Below, in pieces: positions 1-11,314 of a stretch of 64,000 nt of DNA (positions are counted from its first letter, which is position 1; each line of letters opens with the position of its first letter). This stretch comes from Marsupella aquatica (Eukaryota > Plantae > Marchantiophyta). Position numbers and translations under genes: made by a program. The stretch covers positions 12,593,929 through 12,657,928 of the forward strand of contig OZ316895.1 in NCBI GenBank assembly GCA_973895155.1, in the 5' to 3' direction. The notes below the pieces were generated by a model that did no database searches, was not told the DNA's origin, and was given only the letters and a program-made list of their open reading frames with translations.

Positions 1-444
1 GGGGTTCGAGGACACATGTCAGCCCCTCGATTGTTCTTCCAAAATTCCCATAGGGCCTGTACAAGGGTCATAGAATATTCCAAAAAACCAGAGAGCTATT
101 TTTTGACCGTCCGACAAAGATTTCATCCGTTGAACGGTAACTTTTTTGGTTATTTTTCGGCGAGGTCGTAGCCATTGAAGTTGGCAATGCAGCGCACCAA
201 TCACATCGCAATTCCGACAACGGGTTGTACTTGGTATTTCGGTTATTCCCTGAGGTGGTCAAAACGGGGGAGTTTCCCAAGGTTTTACCCACCTCGACCG
301 AAATTTGAATAACTTTTCCGTCAAATTTCGATTTTGATTTCGGTTTTCAGTATTGGACTCCTAGCTTTGTGGGCTACGCGGCGGTGTTGAGTTTCAAGTT
401 TTTTGAGAAGTTGTGAAAAACAACATTTTTTGTGACTTTCTCAT

Positions 445-1479
445 ATGAGTGATTCGGAGGAGTTTTTTGAAGACGTGGAACTTGAAGCACGAGGATCACC
501 GTGGAGGTTTCAGGGGCAGAGAGAGGAGCAGGAGGAAGAGCACGTGACACCGATACCATCACCGGTGCGGCGTGTGGTGGAGGAAGCAGTACTACTACCG
601 GAGCTCACGGTAAAGAAGAAGATGGGGACTTTCAAGCTTGGGGGACCCAAGTATGAAGTGACAAAGTATGATGGGCGCTCTGACTACTTGCTATGGGAGA
701 AGCAGGTGAAGGGAGTGCTTTATGCGTCAGGGATGGGCCAACTGCTGAGCCCTCGTGAAGACGATGTTGATGAGAAACAATGGGACCGCATGCAGGAGCA
801 GGGAGTGTGGTGTGTTACACTCTATCTCATGCCTCCCATCATCAAGCAGTTGGGTGCACATAAGGATTGCATGTCCTTGTTTGCGGAATTGCAGAGCAAG
901 TATCACCGCAAGGAGTTGTCGAACCGGCTCTACACTTCCTACAAACTGATGAGTTTCAGGATGAAGGAATCTGGTACGAAGTTGCAAGACCATGTGGATG
1001 CTTTCAACGACATGGTTGTTGACTTGGAAAACCTTGGGGAGACTTTGAATGATGAGACGAAGGCTCTGCAGCTTCTTAGTTCATTGCCTCCATCTTACCA
1101 GTCCCTATCACGAGTGTTGTTGCATCGTGATAGGGATACCATTTCATACAATGACGTGGTAAGTTCTCTGCTTAGTGATGATCTTCAGCAGAAGATGCAC
1201 ATCACGTCACAGCCTTCATCATCTGGTGCTGCCCTCAATGTTAACCGTGGGAGGAGTATGCAGCGACCAACTGGGGACCGTAGAACCCAGTTTAGATCTA
1301 AATCCAGATCTAAGTCCAAGGGTAAATCCCCTCAGAGGAGGCAGGTGACATGTTGGAAGTGCAACCAAGTTGGACACTTCAAGCAAGACTGTAAGGGAAA
1401 GGCAGCGGAAACTTCATCGGCAAATGTGGCTAGGGCTGATGGAGAAGCTGATTTACTCAATGATGAGTATGTTTTATGA
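445..1479 (+). CDS. gag: copia Gag (UBN2-type capsid domain plus CCHC zinc knuckle)
   Basis: 344 aa ORF with KYDGRSDYLLWEKQVKGVL, LLSSLPPSY and CWKCNQVGHFKQDC; ends at TGA in frame with pol. Confidence 0.92.
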   Translation: MSDSEEFFEDVELEARGSPWRFQGQREEQEEEHVTPIPSPVRRVVEEAVLLPELTVKKKMGTFKLGGPKYEVTKYDGRSDYLLWEKQVKGVLYASGMGQLLSPREDDVDEKQWDRMQEQGVWCVTLYLMPPIIKQLGAHKDCMSLFAELQSKYHRKELSNRLYTSYKLMSFRMKESGTKLQDHVDAFNDMVVDLENLGETLNDETKALQLLSSLPPSYQSLSRVLLHRDRDTISYNDVVSSLLSDDLQQKMHITSQPSSSGAALNVNRGRSMQRPTGDRRTQFRSKSRSKSKGKSPQRRQVTCWKCNQVGHFKQDCKGKAAETSSANVARADGEADLLNDEYVL

Positions 1480-4400
1480 AGCCGGGGGTATGCCCTGTGC
1501 ACGTCATCTAGGAGAGCAGATGATGTGTGGATTCTTGATTGTGCTTGCTCTTTTCATATTTGTTACATTCGTGAGTTTTTCAGTTCTTACTCTGTTTCAA
1601 ACGGTTCAGTTCTGATGGGAAATGATCACTCCTGTCAAATTGAGGGAATTGGGTCTGTGAAGATTCAAATGTTTGATGGCGCTGTGCGCACAGTATCCGG
1701 AGTCAGGTATGTACCTGGCATGCGTAAGAATCTGATTTCACTCGGTGTGTTGGATTCAAATGGTCATCAATGGAGCGTTATTGATGGTGAACTTCAAGTC
1801 AGGTCGGGAGAGACAGTGATTTTGAAGGGGAGTAGACAAAAGAATTTGTATGTGTTACAGGGCAATACTGTATGTGGAGAGGCCAATGTAACCAAGTCTC
1901 ACGAGGAGATGACTCAACTGTGGCATTCACGGCTAGGCCACATGAGTGAGAAGGGTTTGGCTATCTTACGGAAGAATGGACTCATTTCTGATTTGCAATC
2001 TTGTAAATTAGAGTTTTGTGAGCATTGCATTCTTGGAAAGCAGCATCGTCGTGCTTTTGGTGTTGGAACTCATCGTTCCAAAGCGGTTCTTGAGTACATA
2101 CATAGTGACGTGTGGGGTCCATCCCCAACTCCCTCACACTCTGGAAAGTTGTACTATGTATCATTTATTGATGATTACTCAAGATTTGTGTGGATTTATT
2201 TCATGACGCATAAGTCTCATGTCTTGTCCATTTTTAAGAAGTGGAAGGCCCAGGTGGAGAATCAGACTGGAAACACGATCAAGTGTTTGGATACAAGGGT
2301 GAAGAGTCTGAGGTCAGACAACGGCGGGGAGTACACTTCAATGGAATTTGAAGAGTACTGTTCAGAACAGGGGATAACTCGTCATCTCACCACAGTTTAT
2401 ACTCCGCAGCAGAATGGTGTCGCTGAGAGGCTCAATCGGACACTGTTGGAGCGGTCACGGAGTATGTTGAGCCAATCAGGTTTACCACAAGAATTTTGGG
2501 CAGAAGCTGTCAATACCGCAGCTTATTTGGTAAATCTTTCTCCTTCTAGTGCTATCAATTTCAAAACGCCGTTTGAGATGCGCTATAAGCAGCAAGCAGA
2601 CTATCATGGCTTGGTAGTTTTTGGAAGTGATGCATATGCTCTCACACCAAAGCAGAATAGGACCAAGTTGGATCCTACCTCCAGGAAATGTGTTTTTCTT
2701 GGGTACCAGAGTGGTGTGAAAGCCTATAGGCTATGGGATCCTATTGCCTGTAAGCTCGTTGTTAGTAGGGATGTTTCCTTCAATGAATCCAGATTATTGA
2801 AGGAGGGGGAGAATACTCAGGTCTCCCGTACTGACAAAGGAAAATCTCCTATCCCGGATCTCGTTGAGGGGGAGATTGGTTATGAGGTGCATGACCGGAG
2901 AGAAGGAGTTGCTCCAATTATGGAGCTGGTTCCTGTGCCAGAGGAACCAGAGGAGCTTGTTGATGCTGGTGAGCAGCAAGTGGATGCTGTTGAGCTTCAA
3001 ATTGTACCAGCACACGCAGATCAACCGGAGTCATCGCTAGAAGAATATCTGGTCGCACTGTACGCGCTCCACCAAGGTATGGACAGTGGGTTGATTCATC
3101 TCAACTGCAAGAGGATGATTTTATAGCTGATGATGAGGGTGATGCGTTAATTTTGGAAGAAGGAGAACCTTCTTCATTTTATGAGGCAAGTGCTTCAAAG
3201 GAGAAGCAGAAGTGGACTGCAGCAATGCAAACGGAGATGCAGTCACTAAAGGACAACAAAACTTGGGAGCTTGTTAAGCTGCCTAAGGGTCAGCAAGTGG
3301 TGGACAGCAAGTGGATTTACAAGCTGAAGGATAATTCCATAGGAGGTGGATCGAAGGTCTACAAGGCTAGATTGGTAGCAAAGGGATTCACACAAGAGAA
3401 AGGTGTGGATTACAATGAGGTCTTCTCACCAGTTGCTAAGTACTCTACAATACGACTATTGTGTGTACTTGTTGTAATGTTTGGTCTGCTCCTAGATCAG
3501 ATGGATGTTGTCACAGCTTTCCTCTATGGCACATTGGAAGAGGTGATCTTCATGAGACAACCGCTAGGTTTTGTGAAGAGAGGACAGGAGGAATTGGTTT
3601 GCAGATTGCTGAAATCCTTGTATGGGTTGAAGCAGTCACCAAGACAGTGGAACAAGCGGTTTGACGATTGGATTCGGTCACAAGGTTTTCACAGAAGTGT
3701 ATTTGACCCTTGTGTGTATTTGAAACTGGTGAAGAATGTTGTCTTTGGGTTCATTGTTTTAGTACTTTATGTGGATGACATGCTAATTGCAGCCAAGGAT
3801 AGGTCTGAGATTGTTAAGCTCAAGGCACTGCTTAGTGCAGAGTTTAAGATGAAGGACTTAGGGCCAGCTAAGAGGATTTTGGGTATGGAGATCACTAGGG
3901 ACTTGGAGGCTGGCAAGCTATGGTTGACGCAGAGCAGTTATGCGAGGAAGGTAATTGCAAGGTTCAACATGGAGAATAGCAAGCCAGTAAGTACCCCGTT
4001 GGCTCCACACTTCAAGTTATCATCAGCGTTCTGTCCTACGGATGACACAGAGAAGGGGTTGATGTCAAAGGTTCCATATGACAAGGCAGTGGGGAGTCTC
4101 ATGTATTTGATGACTTGCACTAGACCTGATCTTGCCATGGCTATGGGCAAGGTGAGCAGGTACATGTCGAATCCAGGGAAGGTACACTGGGAAGCAGTGA
4201 AGTGGATTATCAGGTACTTGAAGGGTACCGTGGATCATGGTCTTTTATTTGATGCGAATGCAAAGAATGCTAGATCATTGATTAGCTATGTAGATTCTGA
4301 CTATAGACAAGATTTGGACCGAAGGAGATCAACAACATGATACGTGTTCACACTTGGCGGTGGATGCATAAGTTGGAGGTCTACTTTGCAGAAGTGTATT

Positions 4401-4751
4401 GCTCAGTCTACTACAGAAGCGGAGTATGTTGCAGCTGCGGAAGCAGCAAAGGAAGCGATTTGGTTGGATAGACTTATCACTGAAATGGGATTGCCACAGG
4501 GGAATGTGAAGCTCCATTGTGATAGTCAAAGTGCGCTCCACCTTGTTGTGAACCAGGTGATGGACAGCAGAGTGAAGCACATTGACGTCAGGTACCATTT
4601 TATCAGGCAGGCTGTGTCTGATAATTTGTTTGAGCTAGTCAAGATTGATGGTAAACTCAACCCGGTTGACGCATTTACCAAAGTGATTCCTTTGGAGAGT
4701 TTCTCTAGACACCGTGACGTATTGCAGGTTTTGCAATTGCATCACAAGTAG
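1480..4751 (+). pseudogene. pol: copia Pol (protease, integrase, RT, RNase H), disrupted
   Basis: PR WILDCACSFHI; INT WHSRLGH..CEHC, HSDVWGP, RSDNGGEY, NGVAER; RT LYVDDML; RNaseH STTEAEY, CDSQSA, KHIDVRYHFIR. Frameshift near 3030-3040, where the RRISGRTVRAPPRY linker moves into the RT frame. Nonsense TGA at 4338-4340 replaces the G of STTGYV. Confidence 0.93.
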
Positions 4752-4942
4752 AGTTTTCTTAAACATTCATTGTAATTACTGATATATGCTCTTCCTCATT
4801 CCTATGTATTAGGCTACGGCTTAGTTCTGGTTTGCTCTAGTTAGAGAGGGAAACCGGTTTGGTTTCTGTCCAGAACTTCCCGCTGAGGGATCATATACAT
4901 TGGCAGTATTACTCTCCCCTAGACCAGAGTCAAGGGGAAGAT

Positions 4943-5363
4943 TGTTGGGTATTTACTCTTACGTCTAGGTTAGGTATGACATGGTTGGTATAACAACGTG
5001 GGTTGGTACAACTACGTGGTTAGGTACAACTACGTGATTAGGTACAACTATGTGGTTAGGTACAACTACGTGATTAGGTACAACTATGTGGTTAGGTACA
5101 ACTAAGTTGCACACTGTATCATAAGAGGCATGTGTGCTTGGAGAGGTAGAACCAAGGCTCATTGTTATGGAGCCACTTGAGAGATAGGCAGAGCTTACAC
5201 TGTGGAGACTCGGTATAGCCGACGGGCTTAGAGTTCAGTAAAGCTCTCTTGTGTGTTCCCGTGGACGTAGCCTCAAGGAGGTGAACCACGTATCTCTTGT
5301 GTCGACTATTGTGCGTTGGATGGTTCATGGGCTTGCCGTTGCGATCGTCGTCTATGCTCAACA
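4943..5363 (+). repeat. 3' LTR (421 bp) of the copia element
   Basis: TG...CA termini with TGTTG/CAACA inverted ends, immediately after the PPT; homologous to the solo LTR at 8840-9183. Confidence 0.93.
4967..5105 (+). repeat. 18-bp tandem array in LTR U3 (GGTTAGGTACAACTACGT, about 7 units)
   Basis: Directly visible; gives the VVPNH repeat in the antisense ORF. Confidence 0.92.
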
Positions 5364-6344
5364 CTCACATCTATCTATGCGATCTGTATCTTGAGAAACC
5401 TTGAAATAATGTTGTGATGCAAATATAAGAATAATCTGAGCATTTTGATGTAAATACATTCCCCTCACAAGTATCAAAGCAACATGAGTCCATCAACTAA
5501 TTAAAGGTGAGCCAATGGTTATTTGATTTCTCTTTGCCAACACCCTTGGCCCTGGCACCCACGTCTTCATTAGCCTGTTTTGGCTCTCAACTGAATGTTT
5601 GCAACAACAATCTACCAGTGTCCTACAACCTATGTGAAACAACCATATTTCTGCAACTACAACCTGCTCAAAATGACAACTCCTCTGCAACTACAACCTA
5701 CCAAAACAAAGAGACATCCGCAATAACAACTCACCCAAAATAGTAACATTTTTGCAATTTCAACTTGCAAGAATAGCATGGCTGCTAGAATAACTGCACA
5801 AAGCACACATATTGGGCTAACACTAAATAGTCAACAAATCACACAAATGAAAAGTAATGGACAGGTCTTCATGCCTCAATATACCTGGGTTCCTTGGGAG
5901 TGATCACGTATATACTTAAGTCCTATTTACATTGTTAAATATATCATTTCCAAAACCAAGAGTTTACTCAAATTGTGAACGGCTATTATTGTTCACAATA
6001 CTAAAAAATTCTAGTAAAAACAGAAAATGATGTGGATAATTAGTTACTCAGGGGTTTCACTTCCACAAAAATGTCATATCTTGTTCGACAAAGAATAGGG
6101 TTGTTTTATTGGTTCTAAGGGAAGACTTTGAAAATTTTGCAGAAGAACAATAAGGTCTTTATAATTTAATTTTGAGACTTATAAGAACATTATGGTCTTT
6201 TTAATCCAAATTTTGGAATATTCCAAGAATATTCTAACTTTATAGGGGTTAATTTTTTTAATTCTTACATTTTAGGGGGTTCGAGGCCTAAAAATGTCGT
6301 AGGTGATGGGGCTAAGGTCCCCATGATATAGTTTAGACCCCCAA

Positions 6345-6750
6345 GATTAGTTAATTCAAATCCTGGAAATGATGCTCTCATGGATCACAAGGTTGGTCTT
6401 TGAAAGCCCCCATGGACCACATTTCCCCAAATTTGAGTTTAGTTGTAATAACTTGATGTTAGTAATTTCAAACCAAAAAATTACTAGTAGGTAAAATACA
6501 CTTCCATCAAAGTGACTATACATTTCTGGTCGTTTTGGATGAATTATTCATCGCGAAATAGGAGGGGTAAATTTTATAAGATTAATTTTCATTGTGTTAA
6601 TATGAAGTTGGGTGTTGTGTTTTTTGTGATGCCCACTTTCTCTAATTGCCTTGCAGATGCAAAATGAATTTTTGTTAATGACTCATCATCATCAAGTTAT
6701 AAGCTAAAATTCATATGGACCATCAAAATCTGGTACAATAGAGCGCTGTG
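6345..6750. repeat. dispersed repeat, probable non-autonomous transposon remnant (second copy about 52770-53200)
   Basis: Shared CATGGATCACAAGGTTGGTCTTTGAAA..CCATGGACC and collinear downstream sequence. Confidence 0.7.
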
Positions 6751-8735
6751 TCCAACATGGTGGTATATCAAGGTTTCACTTCCCATATTAATATTTCACC
6801 TCTATTTTCTCCTATAACACACTGGAAATTAGTGGAATTCACCATATTGCCACTCTTTTTTGGTATATTATGGACCTTGCCACTGGTTTTCTTTTATTTA
6901 TCACAATGTTACTATTTTTGTTTGTGGGTGAAAACCCTGGTTAACTCCTTCACATCTGATGGGTATCATCGCACCTTGTTTTGTGATCAAACGGCTTGGG
7001 TCTCCCTCAAGGTGATTTTGATCACCGTTGGGTCAATTGCCTGAGGGGCAGGTTGGGTGGTGAAGGCCACCTTGAAGGAAAGTAGAAGTGTCTAATTGTA
7101 AGACTAGGTGCAATGATAGCCATTAGATGTGAATGTGTTTCAATGATATTATGATGTTTAATATAAAAAAATCAGTAACTATATTTACTATGTCAAAAAA
7201 TTGTTTTATAATAAATAAAAATAATGTAACTGTGTATGCTCCCCAAAACATGTTGCAATCTAGTAAATCCCAACCAAAAATTAAGGTAAAAAGGGTAAAA
7301 TCTTATGTTGGAGTGATATTATCTTTGAGGAGGCTAGGGGGTCCCAACTACGCGGGAAGCTATGATGTTTAGGAGAGAAACCTAGAGCAAAAAAAGCTGT
7401 TCTAGCTAATACACATGTGCCTTTGATCATTATGAATCATTTGGCTATGGAACATGAAGTGTTGATCTATTTGATTTATATTCAAGAGGGTAATTTGGTT
7501 TGGGAAAATTTGGTTCCCTATTCTCAGATGAAGGATTGCTGGCAGACAACAAATATTTGGCAGGATTCCCTTACGGTTTTTGTTATACTAAATGAGATAC
7601 TTTGTAAGATTGATTCATCTCCAATCTCTGAAGATTTTCTACATATTATGGTGTCAAAATGAACCATGTGTTGGCTTACACATAAGATTGGGCTTGGATG
7701 AAAAATTACTGATTTTAATCTCAAAATTCCTATTGGATATAGGTGGAAGGATGGCAGACTGTTTTTATACAACTATTGATAGTATTTGTAAATGGTTGCA
7801 TAAGCGGTCTCTGATTAGCATGATTGGTTACAAAAAATGGTGGATGCAACTTTGTGGTGTGTCTTCTAAAGATAAACTATAGGATAACATTTGGAAAGAA
7901 TATCAAGAAGAGAAGACTAATATTTTTCTTTGGCAGATTGCACAGGGTATTATTGCCACTAACCGTTACATTGGTTGGCAAACCACTCAACATTTGGAAG
8001 ATGGAACTATTATTCTATTTTCTTGGGATGATTTGGTTTGGTGGTGCGTCAGATGTAACTTGGGAGCTCATGAAGATATTCTAAATTCTTTATGGATGTG
8101 CCCAATATCCCAAAAAATTTGGTCTTGGATTTCCATTATCATCAAGTGTGCTGTGTGGCCGGAGTATTCTAATTTTGATTTGATGTTGTTCACATTATTC
8201 TTGATGCCAAACTTCCAATTGTGGTATTCCCCTTAAGCTCTGGAAACTTTTTTGTGGGATTACGATTTGGCAATAATAGAAGGGGCATTGCACCCTAGAG
8301 AAGGAGGCAATCAACATTTCTGTTATTGTTTTAATCATCAAGGTCTGCTCAGAAATTTGGTTGTGTTTAAAGATCATATGGAAAAATGGGCTGAATCATC
8401 ATAGCTCAGAGAGGAATGGTTGTTGGCAGGAATTGGCTGGAAAGTTGAAGTAAGATTTTGGCTCCGATGGAGGTCCTTATTACGTACTTAGTTGACAAAT
8501 GTTTTTGATCTGCCATGAGTTTTTTCTTGTTTTGGCCTATGAAATTCACCTTCCTTTTGTTGTGGTCCCGGGCTCTTTGCTTTTCTGCTCTTGTCTTTGT
8601 CTGCAATTGGCTGATCTGTTAGTTGGATCTATGATGGCTTACAATTGCTCATATCTTGTTAGATCTCTTCCTATAATCTTGTTTGAGTTTGTTCCAGTTT
8701 TGTGGAGCTACTTAGTTGGTTTCTTGAGTGAGTCT

Positions 8736-9393
8736 TGTTGAGTATTGCTCTTAGTCTTATAACTCTAGAGCTAACCATAGTTAGGCTAACTCAGGTTAGG
8801 ACTTAGTTGAGGTTAGCAGTGATGCATGTTGTATATAACTGTTGAGCATAGACGACAATCGCAACGGCAAGCCCATGAACCATCCAACGCACAAGAGTCG
8901 ATACAGAGAGATACGTGGTTCACTTCCATATGAGGCTACGTCCACGGGAACACACATGAGCTTTACTGCACTCTAGGCCGACCGGCCATACCAATCATCC
9001 ACAATGCAAGCTCTCTCTATCTCTCAACTAGCTCCGTAACAATGAGCCTGAGTTCCCACTCTCCAAGCAAACACCGCTTGGTTATAGAGTGTGCACAACA
9101 TGACTAACCTAACCAAGTCTGCGACTAAGGTTAGCATTAACTATGGTACAGTCGTAACTCTAGACCTAAGAGTAAATCCTACAATAACCAGGGCTAATGC
9201 CAGCCCCTGGTGGATCTTTAGTTCATTGTTGGAGTTGGGCAAGAGAGAAGTAAAGGTCTCTTACTTTCCCGTGGACGTAGCCTCAGTTGTGAGGTGAATC
9301 GCGTACTCGCTGTGTCGACTACTTTGTATGGTGATCACATGTGTATGGTGTTCACATGTGCATGGTGTCTCGGGATAGGGATTATCCCCAACA
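8736..9393 (+). mobile_element. older copia-type solo LTR hosting a nested solo LTR
   Basis: TGTTG...CAACA termini; flanks AGTCT/ATTCT (4 of 5 match, TSD); shares the CCCGTGGACGTAGCCTCA..GGTGAA motif with the 4943-5363 LTR. Confidence 0.75.
8840..9183 (-). mobile_element. solo LTR (344 bp) related to the 4943-5363 LTR
   Basis: Reverse complement aligns with the 3' LTR; perfect 5-bp TSD ATAAC at 8835-8839 and 9184-9188. Confidence 0.93.
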
Positions 9394-10086
9394 ATTCTTT
9401 AGGATCTCTTTCCTTGTAGTTAATTCCTTTTCCTCTTCCCTCTTGGCCGAATGTGTTTGGTCTTGGTGTGGGTTGTGGCCTCGGTTCCATTTTAGGTTCT
9501 GGTGTGTTACTCCCCCTTTTTGGCTGGACTTTAGTTCAGTAATTGTGATGGGGGCCCAAAAATGGCCCCAAGATGTATTTGTCAGAAATATTTTTGTCCC
9601 AATATTTTAGTTTGCCATACATTGTCTTTTTGTAACTAGACCCCACTTATTGTCATGATGACTTAAATTGAAGAGCGTAAATTATTTTCCTACAAAGTAT
9701 GTACATGTATTGTTATGTACTATAGCATGGGAGAAAAGGTAATCACACATCAAAATATGGTAATATATGCTTTTTGATTTTTATAAAAATTACAACAAGT
9801 TCATAAATATATTAATATTTTATGTGGAAAAATAAGAAAACCAAGCCTTTTATATGACTTCAAACTTGTAAAAAATGGAAAAGGGAAGTTTTTTCAAATT
9901 TTTAATTTATTTTATAGCCTACTTCTTAGTCCAAATAAAAAAGATAGACCCATGTCTATTATACAAGAGTTATGTACCCGAAGTGTATCCTGTACACTTA
10001 TTAATTGAAACAAAATAACTAAATTTATCATGGTATGGAGAGTTTATTATGGTATGGAGGGATATACAGTTAGTGTTATATTGTGA

Positions 10087-11050
10087 CTAGCTGGATGCAT
10101 GTGCCTTGCACAAAAGGCATTGAGGTAAGGAAAAGATGTCCAGATGAAAAAATATGTCAATGAGAGAAAAACATATCGAGATGAGAAAAAGAAGTTGAGG
10201 TTGAGAAAATGATGTCAAGATTAAGAAAGATGTCAATGAGAGAAAAAGAAGTTGAGGTGAGAAAAAGATGTCAGGGAGAGAAATGACGGCGAGGTGAGGA
10301 AAAGATGTAAAGATGAGAAAATATGTTGAGGAGAGACAAAAATGTCAAGGGTGAGGAAAAGATGTAAAGATGAGGAAAGATGTTGAGGAGAAAAAAGCAT
10401 GTCAAGGGTGAGTGAATGATGTAGTGGGGAGATAAAGATGTCAAGGTGAGAAGAAAATGGCGATATAAGAAAAAAATAAGATATCATGGTGAGAAAAAGA
10501 TGTCGAGGTGAGTAAAAGGTGTTGAAATTAAAAAAGATGTTGATGAGAGAAAACGATGTTAAGGTGAGAAAAAGAAGTCGAGGTGAGAAAAGTTGTTGGG
10601 GAGAGAAACACCCGGAGAAACAATGGCAAGGTGAGAAAAAGATGTAAAGATGAGGAAAAGATGTTGCGGAGAGAAAAATTGTCGAGCATGAAGGAAAGAT
10701 GTCGCGGTGAGAAAAGAAGATGATATAAGAAAAATATGTTGAGGAAAGGATTTGATCAGAGTCTAAGCAAGTGACAGGAAACAATGTATTAATTTTTAGA
10801 GAAATAAGCATTTTCTATATTTTGTTTACATTCCATTTAAAAAAATTCAGAGTTTTATCCCCATTCTTCCATATATAAATACAGATGAATATTAAAAATT
10901 AAATTTTTATCTTAGGTAGGTGGAGGCAGGCTAAATTGTAGCTTGGGCAGGCATTTATTTTAAATGGTGTATATGGATAGTTCTGACAAAGTAGAAAAGA
11001 AATGTTTTGATAAATGTCTAAGATGGATTCCCAATTATTTATGAATTTGG
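10087..11050 (-). mobile_element. non-autonomous Helitron remnant with about 19-bp degenerate minisatellite (GAGGTGAGAAAAAGATGTC)
   Basis: Minus strand ends TGTGCAAGGCACA..CTAG|T. Array at about 10120-10750; the adjacent unique sequence matches 28520-28700. 5' end uncertain. Confidence 0.7.
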
Positions 11051-11314
11051 AAAAGAACTATTTCATGTTTTTGGTGTGCTAGTGTGTTATATGGGAAACA
11101 CTCCTTCCCCCCTTTCATTACCCCAAAGTAACATTAAAAAGTAAAATCAAAATTTAGCAAGAATAAAAAACAAAACTACACAAATTCCTTTCCCACTAAT
11201 AAATATTGTTGAAAATTATATACACCCATTTTAGTTGGAGAGCATTACTAATCACACATCTAATTCCTTTCAATAATACAACTCCTTTAGCATGGAACTA
11301 TTGAATACATTGAG

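Larger units (their letters stand above)
1..5363 (+). mobile_element. Ty1/copia LTR retrotransposon (Tnt1/Tork-like), 5' LTR outside window, decayed copy
   Basis: Domain order gag-PR-INT-RT-RNaseH. Polypurine tract AAGGGGAAGA at 4932-4941 directly precedes an LTR running TGTTG...CAACA (4943-5363). Confidence 0.97.
7370..9540 (+). mobile_element. decayed L1-type LINE 3' portion (zf-RVT region and 3' UTR), interrupted by solo LTRs at 8736-9393
   Basis: Remnant WCVRCNLGAHEDILNSLWMCPISQKIW resembles the zf-RVT CxxC..E....C..W motif; many stops and frameshifts; boundaries approximate. Confidence 0.6.

Noticed and set aside
10120-10750. Regular short repeats as a CRISPR-like array
   Set aside because: Units are contiguous and degenerate with no unique spacers and no cas genes; the context is eukaryotic.
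10233-10811. 192-aa F/S/L-rich ORF (and similar ORFs at 35094-35761, 28256-28489, 27365-27662)
   Set aside because: Translation of the Helitron minisatellite; no protein signature.
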